Virus record (IMG/VR): IMGVR_UViG_3300028797_000124
Location: 53,791-117,790 of that record
Source of the DNA: a virus
Taxonomy: Duplodnaviria > Caudoviricetes
DNA: 64,000 bases
Reading direction: 5' to 3' (one strand)
Part shown: positions 22,401 through 31,065 of the stretch, in pieces
Layout of the letters: every line of letters begins with the position of its first letter
Position numbering within the stretch: the stretch's first letter is position 1
Position numbers and translations under genes: made by a program
The notes under the pieces: model-generated
Database searches by the model: none
Seen by the model: only the letters and a program-made list of their open reading frames with translations
What the model was told of the DNA's origin: nothing

Positions 22401-24598
22401 TCCTTAACACCTTCAGGTATTTTTTCAGATATATCTTTTTTCAGAGAATCAGTTATTTCCATCAATGCCTGAACATTAGGATCAATAGCATATTCTCTAC
22501 CATCACCAAAGAGGAAATTCTTAGCACCAGTTAAAATACCTTTGCCCGCTTCTTTTAGTTTGCCAGTTTTCTGATTCTTACGATATTTCGCGAGTTGTTT
22601 CTGCTCGCGTTCAGATCTTTCGCCCTCGTCTTTATCCAATATATCTTTTATATAGTCCGGAGCTTTATCATATTCTTCATTCTTTGACACATCCGGAACG
22701 GCTGCGTTGACAAAGTTTTCTGCAAGATTTCTATATGGAGCGGTTGCATTGTTAACAGCTTCGACAACGTTCGATGCCCCAGCAGTTGCAACACCCATAT
22801 TATGAGCATTTTTACCATACCCAGGGATCATCTTTATTTCTTCATATGGAACTTTACGAAGTTTTGCACTACCAGTAATGAATACATTCATTCCTCGGTT
22901 GAGCTGATTGAATATTCCCGCAACATAATCGAACGTCGAAGGGATACTCAACGATTGATTGGAACCTATTTGAGTGGGTGCAGCTGCATCTTTCTTCGTT
23001 TCATCGTTGAAAGTGGCACCTGTGTTATACTCTCTATAGTTTCGCTTGAAAGCATCAAGCCACATACTTTTTGTAATCATGCCTGCTTGATGTCCATTTA
23101 CATTAGTGCGTGCAAATGATTCAAATTCTTTATCAGCTCTCTCTGAAGACCGCTGAAGTTCTTGTCTATATTTGAAATCATCTATCTGTTCGATAATTCC
23201 CCAATAGAATTGCTTCCATTGCTCAACTGAACGATGTTTTGGATCGGCTATCGCCATAGCAGTTGCAGAGTCTTCAATAACTTGACGGGTCATTGGATCT
23301 CTTATGTCTTTTATCTGACCATTACCAAGTATAGTTTCACCGCTTAAATACATTTGAAACAACCATGCACCAGTCATTGTTCTGATAGCATTATTTATTT
23401 CTTGAGGGTCCAAACCGGTTCTTTTTTCCGCATTCCTGCGTTGTTCATGACCAACGGTACCAGCTTTGAAATAATTATCTGAAATTTGTCCAATAAATGC
23501 GTTTCCACGTTTACCACTAACGAGATTACCTTTCTCATTAACGGTTTTATCCGGACCGCCTACAGCTTTCAATATCTCTTTAAGATATCCAGGAATTACG
23601 GTGATAATAGATTTACGCGTCATTCCATCGAATACTGCCGGTTTATCATTGTATTGGTTTATTACTGAATTTTGGTAGTTTTTCGACCTGCTCTTCGTTA
23701 TGAGTTCTTCAAAAAAGTCTTCGAATATATGACCTTTTGATTTAAGAATCGTGGTCATTGTATTTTGAATGACTTCACCGACAGTATCATTGATGAATTC
23801 ACCAATGTCATTTATTGATTTCTTGCCGAGCTTATCCCATTTCTTATCCAGAATAGTCTGAGATAATATCATTGACATAACTGTCTCAGGTGTCACCATA
23901 CCGGATCCAAGCACAGTTTTACCAATGCTCATATATGTTCCGAGTGCGGAATCTTCAGCCTGTTCTTTACCCTTGGCCACCAGTCCCGATAAAGATATGC
24001 CGCCACCATAATCAAGAATTGAAGCTTTCTTGAGTTCTTCTTCTTCCTTCTTTGTACGAGCCGACGTCCACTCGACAATGAGGTCAAGACGCTTGCCTAT
24101 CTGAATGAGGGTATTATTGACATTATTAACAGAAGCTGTGAGCTCAGCAGTTCTTGTATTAATAGTAGAAATGATTTCCGCAGTATTAGCAATATGCAAA
24201 TCAGCCTGACGGCCAAATGCTTTATACATTGCACCGGTCTGTTTCTTTGCTATATCGGTCATCATATCCTTTGACAAAGGCTGAGACTTGTCTCCACCCG
24301 ATTCTGAATCAGCTGAGTCTATTTCAAAACCAGCATCAAAGTCATCATCGTCAAAATCAAAGTCTCCGAACATTCCACCTTCGTTATAGAACCAATCGCG
24401 AGTCTTCTTCAGGATTCCGGAACTCTTGAGTTCATTGAACTTCTTAGCACCATCGGAACCCATCTGTTTACCCATGTCAATTACTTCTTTAACATCATTG
24501 GCAAAAGATATAGCGTTATCAAAATAATCGGTGGTGGATTGCGCAATTCCACCAGCAACTATCTGCATACTTCTGCGGACGAAATCATTCATTGCCAT
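16472..24598 (-). CDS. Tape-measure / tail-associated multi-domain peptidoglycan hydrolase
   Basis: ~2700 aa; long helical region with hydrophobic segments, then C39-like peptidase (NQRGCGPIALA...HFMNVVG), NlpC/P60 (RPDCSGF...HVGMYIG), phage tail lysozyme (IWAYL...AAGFMG..EVES...GLAQWT) and SH3b (LRSSTSDDSSVLTWIPDG...GWYKASYGGQTGYV); start moved to ATG 24598 behind GAAAGGAGG. Confidence 0.8.
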   Translation of the reverse strand: MAMNDFVRRSMQIVAGGIAQSTTDYFDNAISFANDVKEVIDMGKQMGSDGAKKFNELKSSGILKKTRDWFYNEGGMFGDFDFDDDDFDAGFEIDSADSESGGDKSQPLSKDMMTDIAKKQTGAMYKAFGRQADLHIANTAEIISTINTRTAELTASVNNVNNTLIQIGKRLDLIVEWTSARTKKEEEELKKASILDYGGGISLSGLVAKGKEQAEDSALGTYMSIGKTVLGSGMVTPETVMSMILSQTILDKKWDKLGKKSINDIGEFINDTVGEVIQNTMTTILKSKGHIFEDFFEELITKSRSKNYQNSVINQYNDKPAVFDGMTRKSIITVIPGYLKEILKAVGGPDKTVNEKGNLVSGKRGNAFIGQISDNYFKAGTVGHEQRRNAEKRTGLDPQEINNAIRTMTGAWLFQMYLSGETILGNGQIKDIRDPMTRQVIEDSATAMAIADPKHRSVEQWKQFYWGIIEQIDDFKYRQELQRSSERADKEFESFARTNVNGHQAGMITKSMWLDAFKRNYREYNTGATFNDETKKDAAAPTQIGSNQSLSIPSTFDYVAGIFNQLNRGMNVFITGSAKLRKVPYEEIKMIPGYGKNAHNMGVATAGASNVVEAVNNATAPYRNLAENFVNAAVPDVSKNEEYDKAPDYIKDILDKDEGERSEREQKQLAKYRKNQKTGKLKEAGKGILTGAKNFLFGDGREYAIDPNVQALMEITDSLKKDISEKIPEGVKDFFKGTKEKILNTSIGEKTADVLGSTKEKVGGAVLGKKSINEEGETIRTGGALRAVGKPIYNAGSFLKGKGANLSDAIHGGIKSNKRLNEEWEDILSQFGADNHFEENDSDSLNMQLIVSSANTAMTDGNVSTMDIQNIQTLTSKLSDRDLQRRINQTVIPMMKRNAKGEKDNSSGDAPKSTMGKLLKMALGGLKLFLAPVIGYIKVVLFSVFKIIKGFGGAILKFAKWGIMRGLRQIKYGMKSLGFGIKTMFKSMTKFIKPMVDGLYKAVTTIKDGVTKAFSNIGKSIKDKVGGWMEKRGIKDKLTKDLSVDENGNKKKGILSKLSGAKEGFANKLAEKPGFMKGFTKAYRERKEAEHAADVKKQGEPARQAIDDSKATGFLETIKDVVSDIKTAVTGKKEEKPSDVISTDVQMDSAATDAMNESMQAEEDKLAGFQEEMAKNLANITEIVSWSGSPDAAPGFVQSLTQSLNDLGEGIQDKMDEESKEIQDASGGSDNPLEGVAGDATEATKDAVLNKTLGGSGGGSGAAGIAMTAATGGAGGAAAEGAAAGAAEAGAAEGAGAAMGGMMNVLMGISNIVLTIVMSLEGFKAMISTVTDILTEALMPLNDAFHAIIKTLKPYVKQLGSIVKQLAGFIVQIVEVVCDIIQPIMKDVIQPILEVLSPLLESIIGCLTPLLKIVGILLKVILAPLMGLFKFVLLPILKIIGDAVQIIMGVLQIGFGVLMMGIGGIISAIGGVLSLIGKIPVIGAGAKKLGSGVLDTGKEMMSQGKEFVVQGGKSVAQGAVNLVLDYASLYSMGMTDELLGRNEEEQKETKQIEAPDGNQVESTFANGDVTNVYNTYGGEYQRGMGGYLNMNQRGCGPIALADMYNRNSEGRISARSLAGMMNQSGAYDPHRGTSVGDYIDTARGLGMNVHAGKVTQQSLKSASPTNPITVVGSGSDYGTRNGNNHFMNVVGTDHHGGAYVSNPLTGRIDRRPASTVAGSAVMGIYGSGDEDAESGYTFPDAIKEAFKKLKDEAAKILGLFSMEKSDEEETEELINAEKKKEAVEQAKKQMGDDYDTYAEEAKGLALEDFKTKYPQKDGESDEDYQKKFDKWWETKANQAEYLAKTELLDAASKKGQDAYAELAKTNQKFVDDYAGKVDENGNITGGLFDKLGDAYTELDSALDSLGSGSARGGQSGLDVMKGAAYAFKAYVDAHPSGTYLHSDVGPITADDGYTWSHFRPDCSGFMSASIRHMGYDFKGSDNDTTGPLTYNFNENLSSYGTKTIVDQNGNSAEEDWEVLPYSESDLRPGDWIFTSGKSDSYPESHVGMYIGKDSSGSHRGLDGGGTQPILDSAGAAPKVLEGVSSGDGLRWTMQPSDHPDKILRYVKPTYDGLVGDNDQEKIWAYLTSHGANKTGAAGFMGVWEVESANNPSRLEGDWKMGGINSPAVMNAYKSQANMNSYVTDMVAKVYGGWGSLNRPTYEPDGDGNFYPGVGLAQWTGNRTKSVFNKGTKMGVPFNSLEAQLALWEDEVTNNNYYNSALTGANNAGTPAAAAEKVLNIYEGLSSTNKYAALAKRQTYADQFYERFKDWSPDVAAAKNTTPTGKGSASTGYGMVNSPGDAAIVENARQINSLNGKNSGTVMTNTGVPLGLRSSTSDDSSVLTWIPDGTHLEELSVSGKQGWYKASYGGQTGYVNAEWIVLDNDWRDGLYTADEAVVPPDELAKADEAVKALQTYANNSTGGGKISPSGGSSSSVDEKMWDFGHWTDSDVNSDKRNEWYPMLVDYHSSAIAGKNKNGGTAMGKAKTAADSYKLSYRNASHKHHGETYGPTDKHYWMYSYLDSKDRVNDPLKKQLDLLHNWYASGDMNEMDFWDNYLGWNNKYANSNITTPVNNDLYDTDTYYDTETGTTVVNNYAVTRAEDRATDARLKAILANTYNVRSESMEALLEAILEELKRRKGGNGGPTNTSGSSKLFDERIPSQVTKLSVG

Positions 24599-24636
24599 AT
24601 TAACCCCTCCTTTCAATTAAATTTATATAAAAGAAT

Positions 24637-24657
24637 ATGGGGGCGAGATGCCCCCAT
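24637..24657 (-). terminator. Terminator hairpin
   Basis: ATGGGGGC-gagat-GCCCCCAT downstream of the 24676 stop. Confidence 0.65.
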
Positions 24658-24675
24658 TTCCTTTCGGTTTGGGTA

Positions 24676-25443
24676 TCAAAAGAATTGAACAAGCTCATCT
24701 GTCTCATCACAATGGAACGATTCTGTCCATTCTTTGACAAGAGCATCACGCTTGTCCTGAGCACCTGCCCAGCTTTCGATTTCAACTTTGACATCTTTGA
24801 ATGCAGAACCAACAATCTGATTCTTAAGATCAGAATATAATGTACGTTGAACATCTAATGTCGCAAGTTGAATGAATGATTCTCTACATGATGTAGGAAT
24901 CGTTTCACAGTTTGGCTCATGATCACATTTGGCTATGAATAATATCCAGCTCTGATCAGGCCAATCAAGTAATTGTATTTTGTTATATCCCAACCATTTT
25001 GAAGTTGGTACCTTTGATGTTACACCAGTGAATTTGTTTACTGCAGCACCAGTAACAGTCGCGTTCATTATATCCTGAGGATAGTATGAACCAAATCCGA
25101 CGAATGGTGTAACTACCGTAAATGCGTTGGCACTTACATGATCGTTCTTTCCATCAACCGATGACGTTGTTATTGGATAAGCATCACAGTATGAGACTTC
25201 TGTTGTTGTGAGCTCGGGAGGAATAAAGTATATGCCACGCATTCTATCAATGTCGTTGGCATATCTCAAATCCTTTCGAGCACACTGGCATTCTTTTTCC
25301 TGTGGTTTAAACTGGGAGAATGTGCGAACAGAAGTCTTGATGATATCCTGAATAACGACTTCAATCGGTTCTTTATATGGAAGAGCGATTGTCTTTAAAC
25401 CGTTTGGCAGTTTAATGTCTTTGATAACATCAGAAATGTTCAT
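24676..25443 (-). CDS. Virion structural protein, possibly neck/adaptor
   Basis: 255-aa ORF in the head operon; neck assignment from context and size only. Confidence 0.45.
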   Translation of the reverse strand: MNISDVIKDIKLPNGLKTIALPYKEPIEVVIQDIIKTSVRTFSQFKPQEKECQCARKDLRYANDIDRMRGIYFIPPELTTTEVSYCDAYPITTSSVDGKNDHVSANAFTVVTPFVGFGSYYPQDIMNATVTGAAVNKFTGVTSKVPTSKWLGYNKIQLLDWPDQSWILFIAKCDHEPNCETIPTSCRESFIQLATLDVQRTLYSDLKNQIVGSAFKDVKVEIESWAGAQDKRDALVKEWTESFHCDETDELVQFF

Positions 25444-25457
25444 TCAATCATCTCCAA

Positions 25458-26084
25458 TCAATCTTCGTCATCATCAGGACCAGTTTCTCCATATTTCTGA
25501 ATATCTCCAGCCTTTATCTTCTTGGGGTGTAGAACGGGTGTATGATCGTCAACGAAGTCAGCACGAAGCTTGCCGGATATGTGGTACTCATAAGAAGAAC
25601 CTTCAGTTGCAAGCCAGAGATAGATCTGCATATCATCGCGACAAACCTTGGAAAGTTTGCGATACTGATTATCAGTCATTGTGATGAGCATATCAAATTC
25701 GGGATCAGCCTTAGCACGATCAACATTCTTCTCGAGGAGATCCTGAAGATCCTTTGTGCCGCGAAGGAAGTCTGCATAAGAATTCTTTATATCAGGAAGA
25801 TACAGCTTCTTACGATATTTCTTCTTGTTTGCGAACATATCGTCGTAGAAAGACTTAGCTGTACCGAGAACCTTACCTCTGAACTTTTCGGAATCCTTCT
25901 CTTTGTACTCAATGTAGCCATTAACGAATTCAACCATCTCTTTGAGGATCATACCGTAGTTGAGCTGAGTATACTTCTTTTCACGATACTTGGTTGAATA
26001 CTTATAGTCCTTCGCAACCTGTTCAAAAAGTCCTTTGTTTTCAACAACGAAACCTTTCATCGAAAGTGAATCTTTAGTAAGCAT
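25458..26084 (-). CDS. Hypothetical (head operon) protein
   Basis: GGAGG RBS before ATG 26084; biased codons. Confidence 0.55.
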   Translation of the reverse strand: MLTKDSLSMKGFVVENKGLFEQVAKDYKYSTKYREKKYTQLNYGMILKEMVEFVNGYIEYKEKDSEKFRGKVLGTAKSFYDDMFANKKKYRKKLYLPDIKNSYADFLRGTKDLQDLLEKNVDRAKADPEFDMLITMTDNQYRKLSKVCRDDMQIYLWLATEGSSYEYHISGKLRADFVDDHTPVLHPKKIKAGDIQKYGETGPDDDED

Positions 26085-26086
26085 TA

Positions 26087-27490
26087 TTAACCCCTCCATC
26101 CTTCCGGATAATTTACATTAACCATCCATGTACGATCAGCACGATTTACAGGACGGATCTTAAGAATCTGTGTGAGAAGACGATTAAGATCATTCTGGAA
26201 TTGTACGAGCTGTGGACGAGTGTGAGGAACGATGTACTTGGGATCGTTATTATCCAAGCATGAGATGTAGAAGTCGGTTATCTCCATCTTCTGGCAAACG
26301 TATCCAGAAATAAGCTGAGCATCGTTAACATCCTTGATGTCAGCTATCTCAAGAGTAATGTATGAGATCGTATCTCTCATCTTAAGATCCTTCAGCTTCT
26401 TGGGCTTCTTAGACAAGAAGCCTTCCTGAATCGGATCCTTGCCCTGACCAGCTTCAACAGCCTTGATTGCTTCAGGCAATACCTTCTTGAGAATTTCTTT
26501 GTTCTTACTCCACTTCTCAACAGCTTCCTTTGTACCAGGTTCATTATACATGATATCATCTGGCTTGAGGAATGGATTGGATATTGTGTCTGCAGCAACG
26601 GACATCTCTTCAGAAGCAACAGATATTACAGACAAAAGCTGAGCTGTACGCTTATCAAACTTATTTCCTTCAGCACACTTAGCTGCAAACTTAGAAACCT
26701 GACGACCTTCACTTGTGGTTTCATCAAGAACGTTGAGAGCTTTATCTGAAGCTTGCGGCTGATCAGGAAGCATGGGGTTATTAACGATATCATTCATCGT
26801 ATTGAGATGGTATACCAACTTAGCAGATACATCGGGTGTTAACATCGAGAAGAATCCTTCTTCGATTTCAACCTCATCGTAGTCATCTTCGTCAATAGAA
26901 TCCTCAGGACCATCAAGAACAGCTTTTCTCAATTCCTTTTCAGTACCAACGATATCTCCGGCGATAGCAGCAGGAAGTTCATCTTCGGGTTCAACACCGA
27001 GATAGTTGTCAACGACGTCAACAACAGTATTACCAGTATCACCACTCTTGGCGATATCTTTAACGAAGTTGGAACCGTTATCGATTTCGATCTGTCCACA
27101 TGTTGCACGACAGTTGTCATCGAGAGTACCGATTACGGGTTTAACCAAAGATATCAGATGTTTAGGTTCTTCGATTCCCTTATTAGCCATCGCACGAAGC
27201 GGCATAGTTGTTCCAACGGCATATGTTGCAGCATTGTCAACTGTTTTGGCATCATCGAATATTGCACCTGATTCGATTGCATCAGCCAGAGTTCCTTCCT
27301 GTACAGGAGTCAATTCCTTGGGAAACATGAGATGTGTTTTATCACCATGGTTGTATACTCTCAGAGCAGTACCATTGTAGGATTCAGCAACAAGTTTTCC
27401 ACCGAGTTCGATCTGAGAAAACTCGTTAAATGCTTCGATCTTCCGTGTCTTAATTATCTGACACAGTATATCTTTCGCGATATTATTCAT
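26087..27490 (-). CDS. Putative internal head protein
   Basis: Several processing-like sites (PVQE-G, IEE-G, PIQE-G). Confidence 0.5.
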   Translation of the reverse strand: MNNIAKDILCQIIKTRKIEAFNEFSQIELGGKLVAESYNGTALRVYNHGDKTHLMFPKELTPVQEGTLADAIESGAIFDDAKTVDNAATYAVGTTMPLRAMANKGIEEPKHLISLVKPVIGTLDDNCRATCGQIEIDNGSNFVKDIAKSGDTGNTVVDVVDNYLGVEPEDELPAAIAGDIVGTEKELRKAVLDGPEDSIDEDDYDEVEIEEGFFSMLTPDVSAKLVYHLNTMNDIVNNPMLPDQPQASDKALNVLDETTSEGRQVSKFAAKCAEGNKFDKRTAQLLSVISVASEEMSVAADTISNPFLKPDDIMYNEPGTKEAVEKWSKNKEILKKVLPEAIKAVEAGQGKDPIQEGFLSKKPKKLKDLKMRDTISYITLEIADIKDVNDAQLISGYVCQKMEITDFYISCLDNNDPKYIVPHTRPQLVQFQNDLNRLLTQILKIRPVNRADRTWMVNVNYPEGWRG

Positions 27491-27542
27491 AAATGATCAA
27501 CCCTTTCAATAATAAAATTTTATAACCCAGGAGGTTTTAGTT

Positions 27543-28115
27543 ATGATTAAAAATGATATCGAATTCTTTGTCCAGTGTGCAATACTCTTGATCGTGTTCT
27601 TAGCAGCAGTCATCGGATTTATTTCCGGTTACAGATTGGCAAGAGCTCGCAGAAGACGTGAAGAAGAAATGACACGTCTGATGTATTCTCTTTTAAGAAA
27701 GAACCAGACTCTGGATGATGACTACTACGCACTCAAAGAACAGAATCAACAGTATGCAAACGACATCAAACGTTTACAAGAGATGATCAATTCCCTCGGT
27801 GTTTTAGAACAGAAAAACGCAGCTTCAATATCATCGTTAACATCGAGTATCAATAATGTGATACAAGAAAACAGAAGACGTTCTGAGGAAAAAATTTATC
27901 CAACTCCCCAGCTCAGTGATATGATAAAAACAACCATTGGTGAGTTCTTCCATCAGGAAGTAGTAATGATAAGAGACATGAGATTTCCAGTATCTCCCGA
28001 AGATCCGGTTACGGTAAAGATCACGAAGAACACAATTAAAACATATCCTCATGTAGATGAAACATGGATTGCGAAGAAAGTAATAGAAACGATAACAGAA
28101 GCAATCAGAGAATAA
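27543..28115 (+). CDS. Membrane-anchored coiled-coil protein
   Basis: GGAGG RBS; N-terminal TM helix followed by RRRR and a coiled coil. Confidence 0.6.
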   Translation: MIKNDIEFFVQCAILLIVFLAAVIGFISGYRLARARRRREEEMTRLMYSLLRKNQTLDDDYYALKEQNQQYANDIKRLQEMINSLGVLEQKNAASISSLTSSINNVIQENRRRSEEKIYPTPQLSDMIKTTIGEFFHQEVVMIRDMRFPVSPEDPVTVKITKNTIKTYPHVDETWIAKKVIETITEAIRE

Positions 28116-28123
28116 CTATTGAA

Positions 28124-28144
28124 GGGCGGGGGTTATCCCCGCCC
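28124..28144. terminator. Bidirectional terminator
   Basis: GGGCGGGG-gttat-CCCCGCCC between convergent genes. Confidence 0.7.
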
Positions 28145-28189
28145 CTCTTTAGCTATTTATTTGGAATTACTCAGATGAGGCTTCAAGGA

Positions 28190-30421
28190 TTATTCCTTGC
28201 CAGCTGCATCCTCATCAACTGCCTCAGGGATGATAGCGCCAGCCTTGATATCAGGAACAAGAACAGTGTTCTTGCAGATAACACGACCCTGGATACCCTG
28301 AACGCTGATTGTCTGGTACTGAGCAGATGTAGTAACCATAACTGCTGCACCACCAGGATTCTGAGCGTCAGCATATGCTGCGTTCTCCGGGCTGTTTGTG
28401 AGGTGACGAGCGAAGCGGAGGTGCTTGTAGCTGATGTGGAACTTGTCCATTGGGTAAGCTACGATCTTGAAGAAGTACTCACGAGACTGAGTAGCACCTG
28501 CCTTGATAGCATCTTCCTGGTATGCGTCGATAACTGTGTAAGCATCAACACGGTTGGAAGCTACTACACGGATCGGAACTGAGCTGTCGGTAAGGAGACC
28601 GAAAGCGTGGTTCATCTGAACGCCGCCGATAGAGGTTGTCTTCTGAACAGTCCATGTTACGAACTTATCAAGGAGACGGCAAGCCTTCGGATTAGCGTAG
28701 ATTACGAAGCCGAGGTTCTCGAGCTTACCACGATCAGAAAGCTCGTAGATAACGCTGTTGATAGCGTTGTGGATTGCATTGGTTCTGTATTCCCAAGGAT
28801 CGCCTGCGAAGCTTGGAGAAATAGCAGTAGGATCGAGATCAGCGTACTCAGTATGAGTATAGCTCTCGAGGCTCCATACATCAGAATCATAGCCGTTGTA
28901 GAGTTCGAACTGCTCATCGAGGTACTCAAGGATTGACTGATCCTCGAACATCTCCTGGTTAGTTACGATCTCCTGTACGAGTCTGTTGTAGAGGTTGAAG
29001 TTCAGTGAGCTGTTTGCCTCAGCGAAGTCCTCAACTGTGAAAGGAAGCTGGAATCTGCAGCCATCAGCGATGAGGAACTTACGGATCTCAGGATACTCAC
29101 GGAAGCCGATAGTTCTCATGTTTGTCTCGTTAGAGATGCGACCGCTTACATATACGCCGTCGATAGCACCACATGTTGTGAATGTGAGTGTGCCCTTAAC
29201 GAAGTCAACACGACCAGAGAGCATATCAGAGATGCCTGTAACAAACTTGCCGGGAACAGGAATGTTCTTCTCGTCAACAACAGGAAGCTTCATGTTCTCT
29301 GTGATACCGCCGTTGAGGAATACGCCACCAGTCTGGATATCGATCTGGATACCAGCACCAGGGAGCTTAACCTTCTGAGCAGGCTGAGCAGGTGTAGTTA
29401 CCTTCTCATATACCTTAGCGCCCTCAGCAGTAGCCTCAGCCCATGTAGGATGAACTGCTTCGGGATCACCAGACTTACTGAACTGAACACCTGTTGTGCC
29501 AGCATCATCTGTGAAGTACTTCTGAGAAGTATAAGGATATGTCTGAGACTCTCCACCTTCAGCGCCCCAGTCAGCAGGAGCAGTAGTAATTTCCTTGTAT
29601 GTTATTACCTGCTCTGTAGCAGCAACCTGTACGTACTGGATGTTGAAGTCGTAAGAAAGTCTTGTTCTTACGTTAGGTGTGATTGAAGTCTTCTCACCTG
29701 TCTCATCATCTGTGAGCCATGTGAACATAGAGAACTTCTTGTTGGGAGCATCCTTGATCATCTGAGTTGTGATAGCTTCCTTATCATAGATCTTGATGCC
29801 CTTACCAGCGTTCCAGAGCTTTCTCCAGAGAGGAGTGCCGTCTTCATCCTTGAGCCAGTATACTGCAGGTACCTCGTACTCATCACCAGTCTGGTTGTTT
29901 ACGAGATACTTCTGGATGATACGCTGCTCAACGTTTACGCTGTTTGCAGTCTGTACCGGGATGATGTCCTTACCAAGGAATCTGATATACTGCTTAACGA
30001 GTGCAGGGAAGTCGAGAGTGCTCAGAGGAAGGTAGTTAGCTACGTTGTAAGACTCCTGGATGAAGCTCTTCTTAGAAGCATCCCAAGCCTCTTCGAGCTG
30101 GTCAGCAACCTGCTCCATATGAATTCTCTCAGCCTCGCTGTTAACAGGATAATTCTTGATCTCGTCAAGAATAGGCTGAAGCATTTCTGCCTTGTATGAC
30201 TCCATGATGGTGTCGTTGTTCATCATACGCTGTGCATCGCGCATAATGTTGAGACCGCCGTACTGGCGAGCCATAGAATTTGCAACAGTTTCGAAATTTT
30301 CATCAAACTTGTCCCCGAGGGTACTGAGCTCAGACTCTGATACTGAATTGATCAGGGTAGCCTGTTCTTTGAACCATGTATCGGAATGGGAACCAGTCAT
30401 TCTACCAGTGCTTAATGCCAT
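28190..30421 (-). CDS. Major capsid protein precursor (jumbo-phage type)
   Basis: 743 aa; very strong codon bias; FIQE-S propeptide site at ~aa 123; downstream of the prohead protease; size matches phiKZ-like capsid proteins. Confidence 0.75.
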   Translation of the reverse strand: MALSTGRMTGSHSDTWFKEQATLINSVSESELSTLGDKFDENFETVANSMARQYGGLNIMRDAQRMMNNDTIMESYKAEMLQPILDEIKNYPVNSEAERIHMEQVADQLEEAWDASKKSFIQESYNVANYLPLSTLDFPALVKQYIRFLGKDIIPVQTANSVNVEQRIIQKYLVNNQTGDEYEVPAVYWLKDEDGTPLWRKLWNAGKGIKIYDKEAITTQMIKDAPNKKFSMFTWLTDDETGEKTSITPNVRTRLSYDFNIQYVQVAATEQVITYKEITTAPADWGAEGGESQTYPYTSQKYFTDDAGTTGVQFSKSGDPEAVHPTWAEATAEGAKVYEKVTTPAQPAQKVKLPGAGIQIDIQTGGVFLNGGITENMKLPVVDEKNIPVPGKFVTGISDMLSGRVDFVKGTLTFTTCGAIDGVYVSGRISNETNMRTIGFREYPEIRKFLIADGCRFQLPFTVEDFAEANSSLNFNLYNRLVQEIVTNQEMFEDQSILEYLDEQFELYNGYDSDVWSLESYTHTEYADLDPTAISPSFAGDPWEYRTNAIHNAINSVIYELSDRGKLENLGFVIYANPKACRLLDKFVTWTVQKTTSIGGVQMNHAFGLLTDSSVPIRVVASNRVDAYTVIDAYQEDAIKAGATQSREYFFKIVAYPMDKFHISYKHLRFARHLTNSPENAAYADAQNPGGAAVMVTTSAQYQTISVQGIQGRVICKNTVLVPDIKAGAIIPEAVDEDAAGKE

Positions 30422-30440
30422 GGATTAACAACTCCTTTAT

Positions 30441-31052
30441 TTAAGAATTATTGTGCTGGGCCTCGCGCTCAGCTTTTTTCAAATTGCTATTGATGCGATC
30501 CATCAGAAGAGTGTACAGTGCATCGAGCTTTCTAAAGTAGAGAGCGTTCTCACCATACTTAGCATCCACGAATTTCTCAATAACATAGTTTTGTCCAGCT
30601 TCAAGAGCGGACTTGAGCTTGTTGACGTCCTCGTCGTTTTTATTGACAACTTCTATCGGTAATACCGAAGAGATCGTTTGAAGGTTTCCAATAATATCTT
30701 CAACCTCCTGATTTCTCGCAACGAACTTGTCATAAAGATCTTTGTTCAGAACATTGTTTGCCTTTTCAGACAACTGTTCATCTTCTTTATTATCTTCCGC
30801 ATTATCATTGTTGTCATCGGTGTTTTCGCCAGTGTCTTGATTTTCACCACCGCCATCTTCACCGGGAAAACTTAAGGCGTCAGCATTATCTGCTTCTTCT
30901 AATGGTGGTGGATTATCGTTAGAACCTGAGGTAGAGTCCGGAGGAGGTGCCTCTGTAGGAGCATCGGATGTATCACCCATGTCCATAGGCTGTAACAGAT
31001 CATCTCCTTCGGCTTCCATCACCATATAAAAGAGATTACTTTTTTCAGCCAT
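30441..31052 (-). CDS. Acidic head (scaffold/internal) protein
   Basis: AAAGGAG RBS before ATG 31052; MVME-A site then a D/E-rich region; adjacent to the capsid gene. Confidence 0.5.
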   Translation of the reverse strand: MAEKSNLFYMVMEAEGDDLLQPMDMGDTSDAPTEAPPPDSTSGSNDNPPPLEEADNADALSFPGEDGGGENQDTGENTDDNNDNAEDNKEDEQLSEKANNVLNKDLYDKFVARNQEVEDIIGNLQTISSVLPIEVVNKNDEDVNKLKSALEAGQNYVIEKFVDAKYGENALYFRKLDALYTLLMDRINSNLKKAEREAQHNNS

Positions 31053-31065
31053 TGCTTCATCTCCT

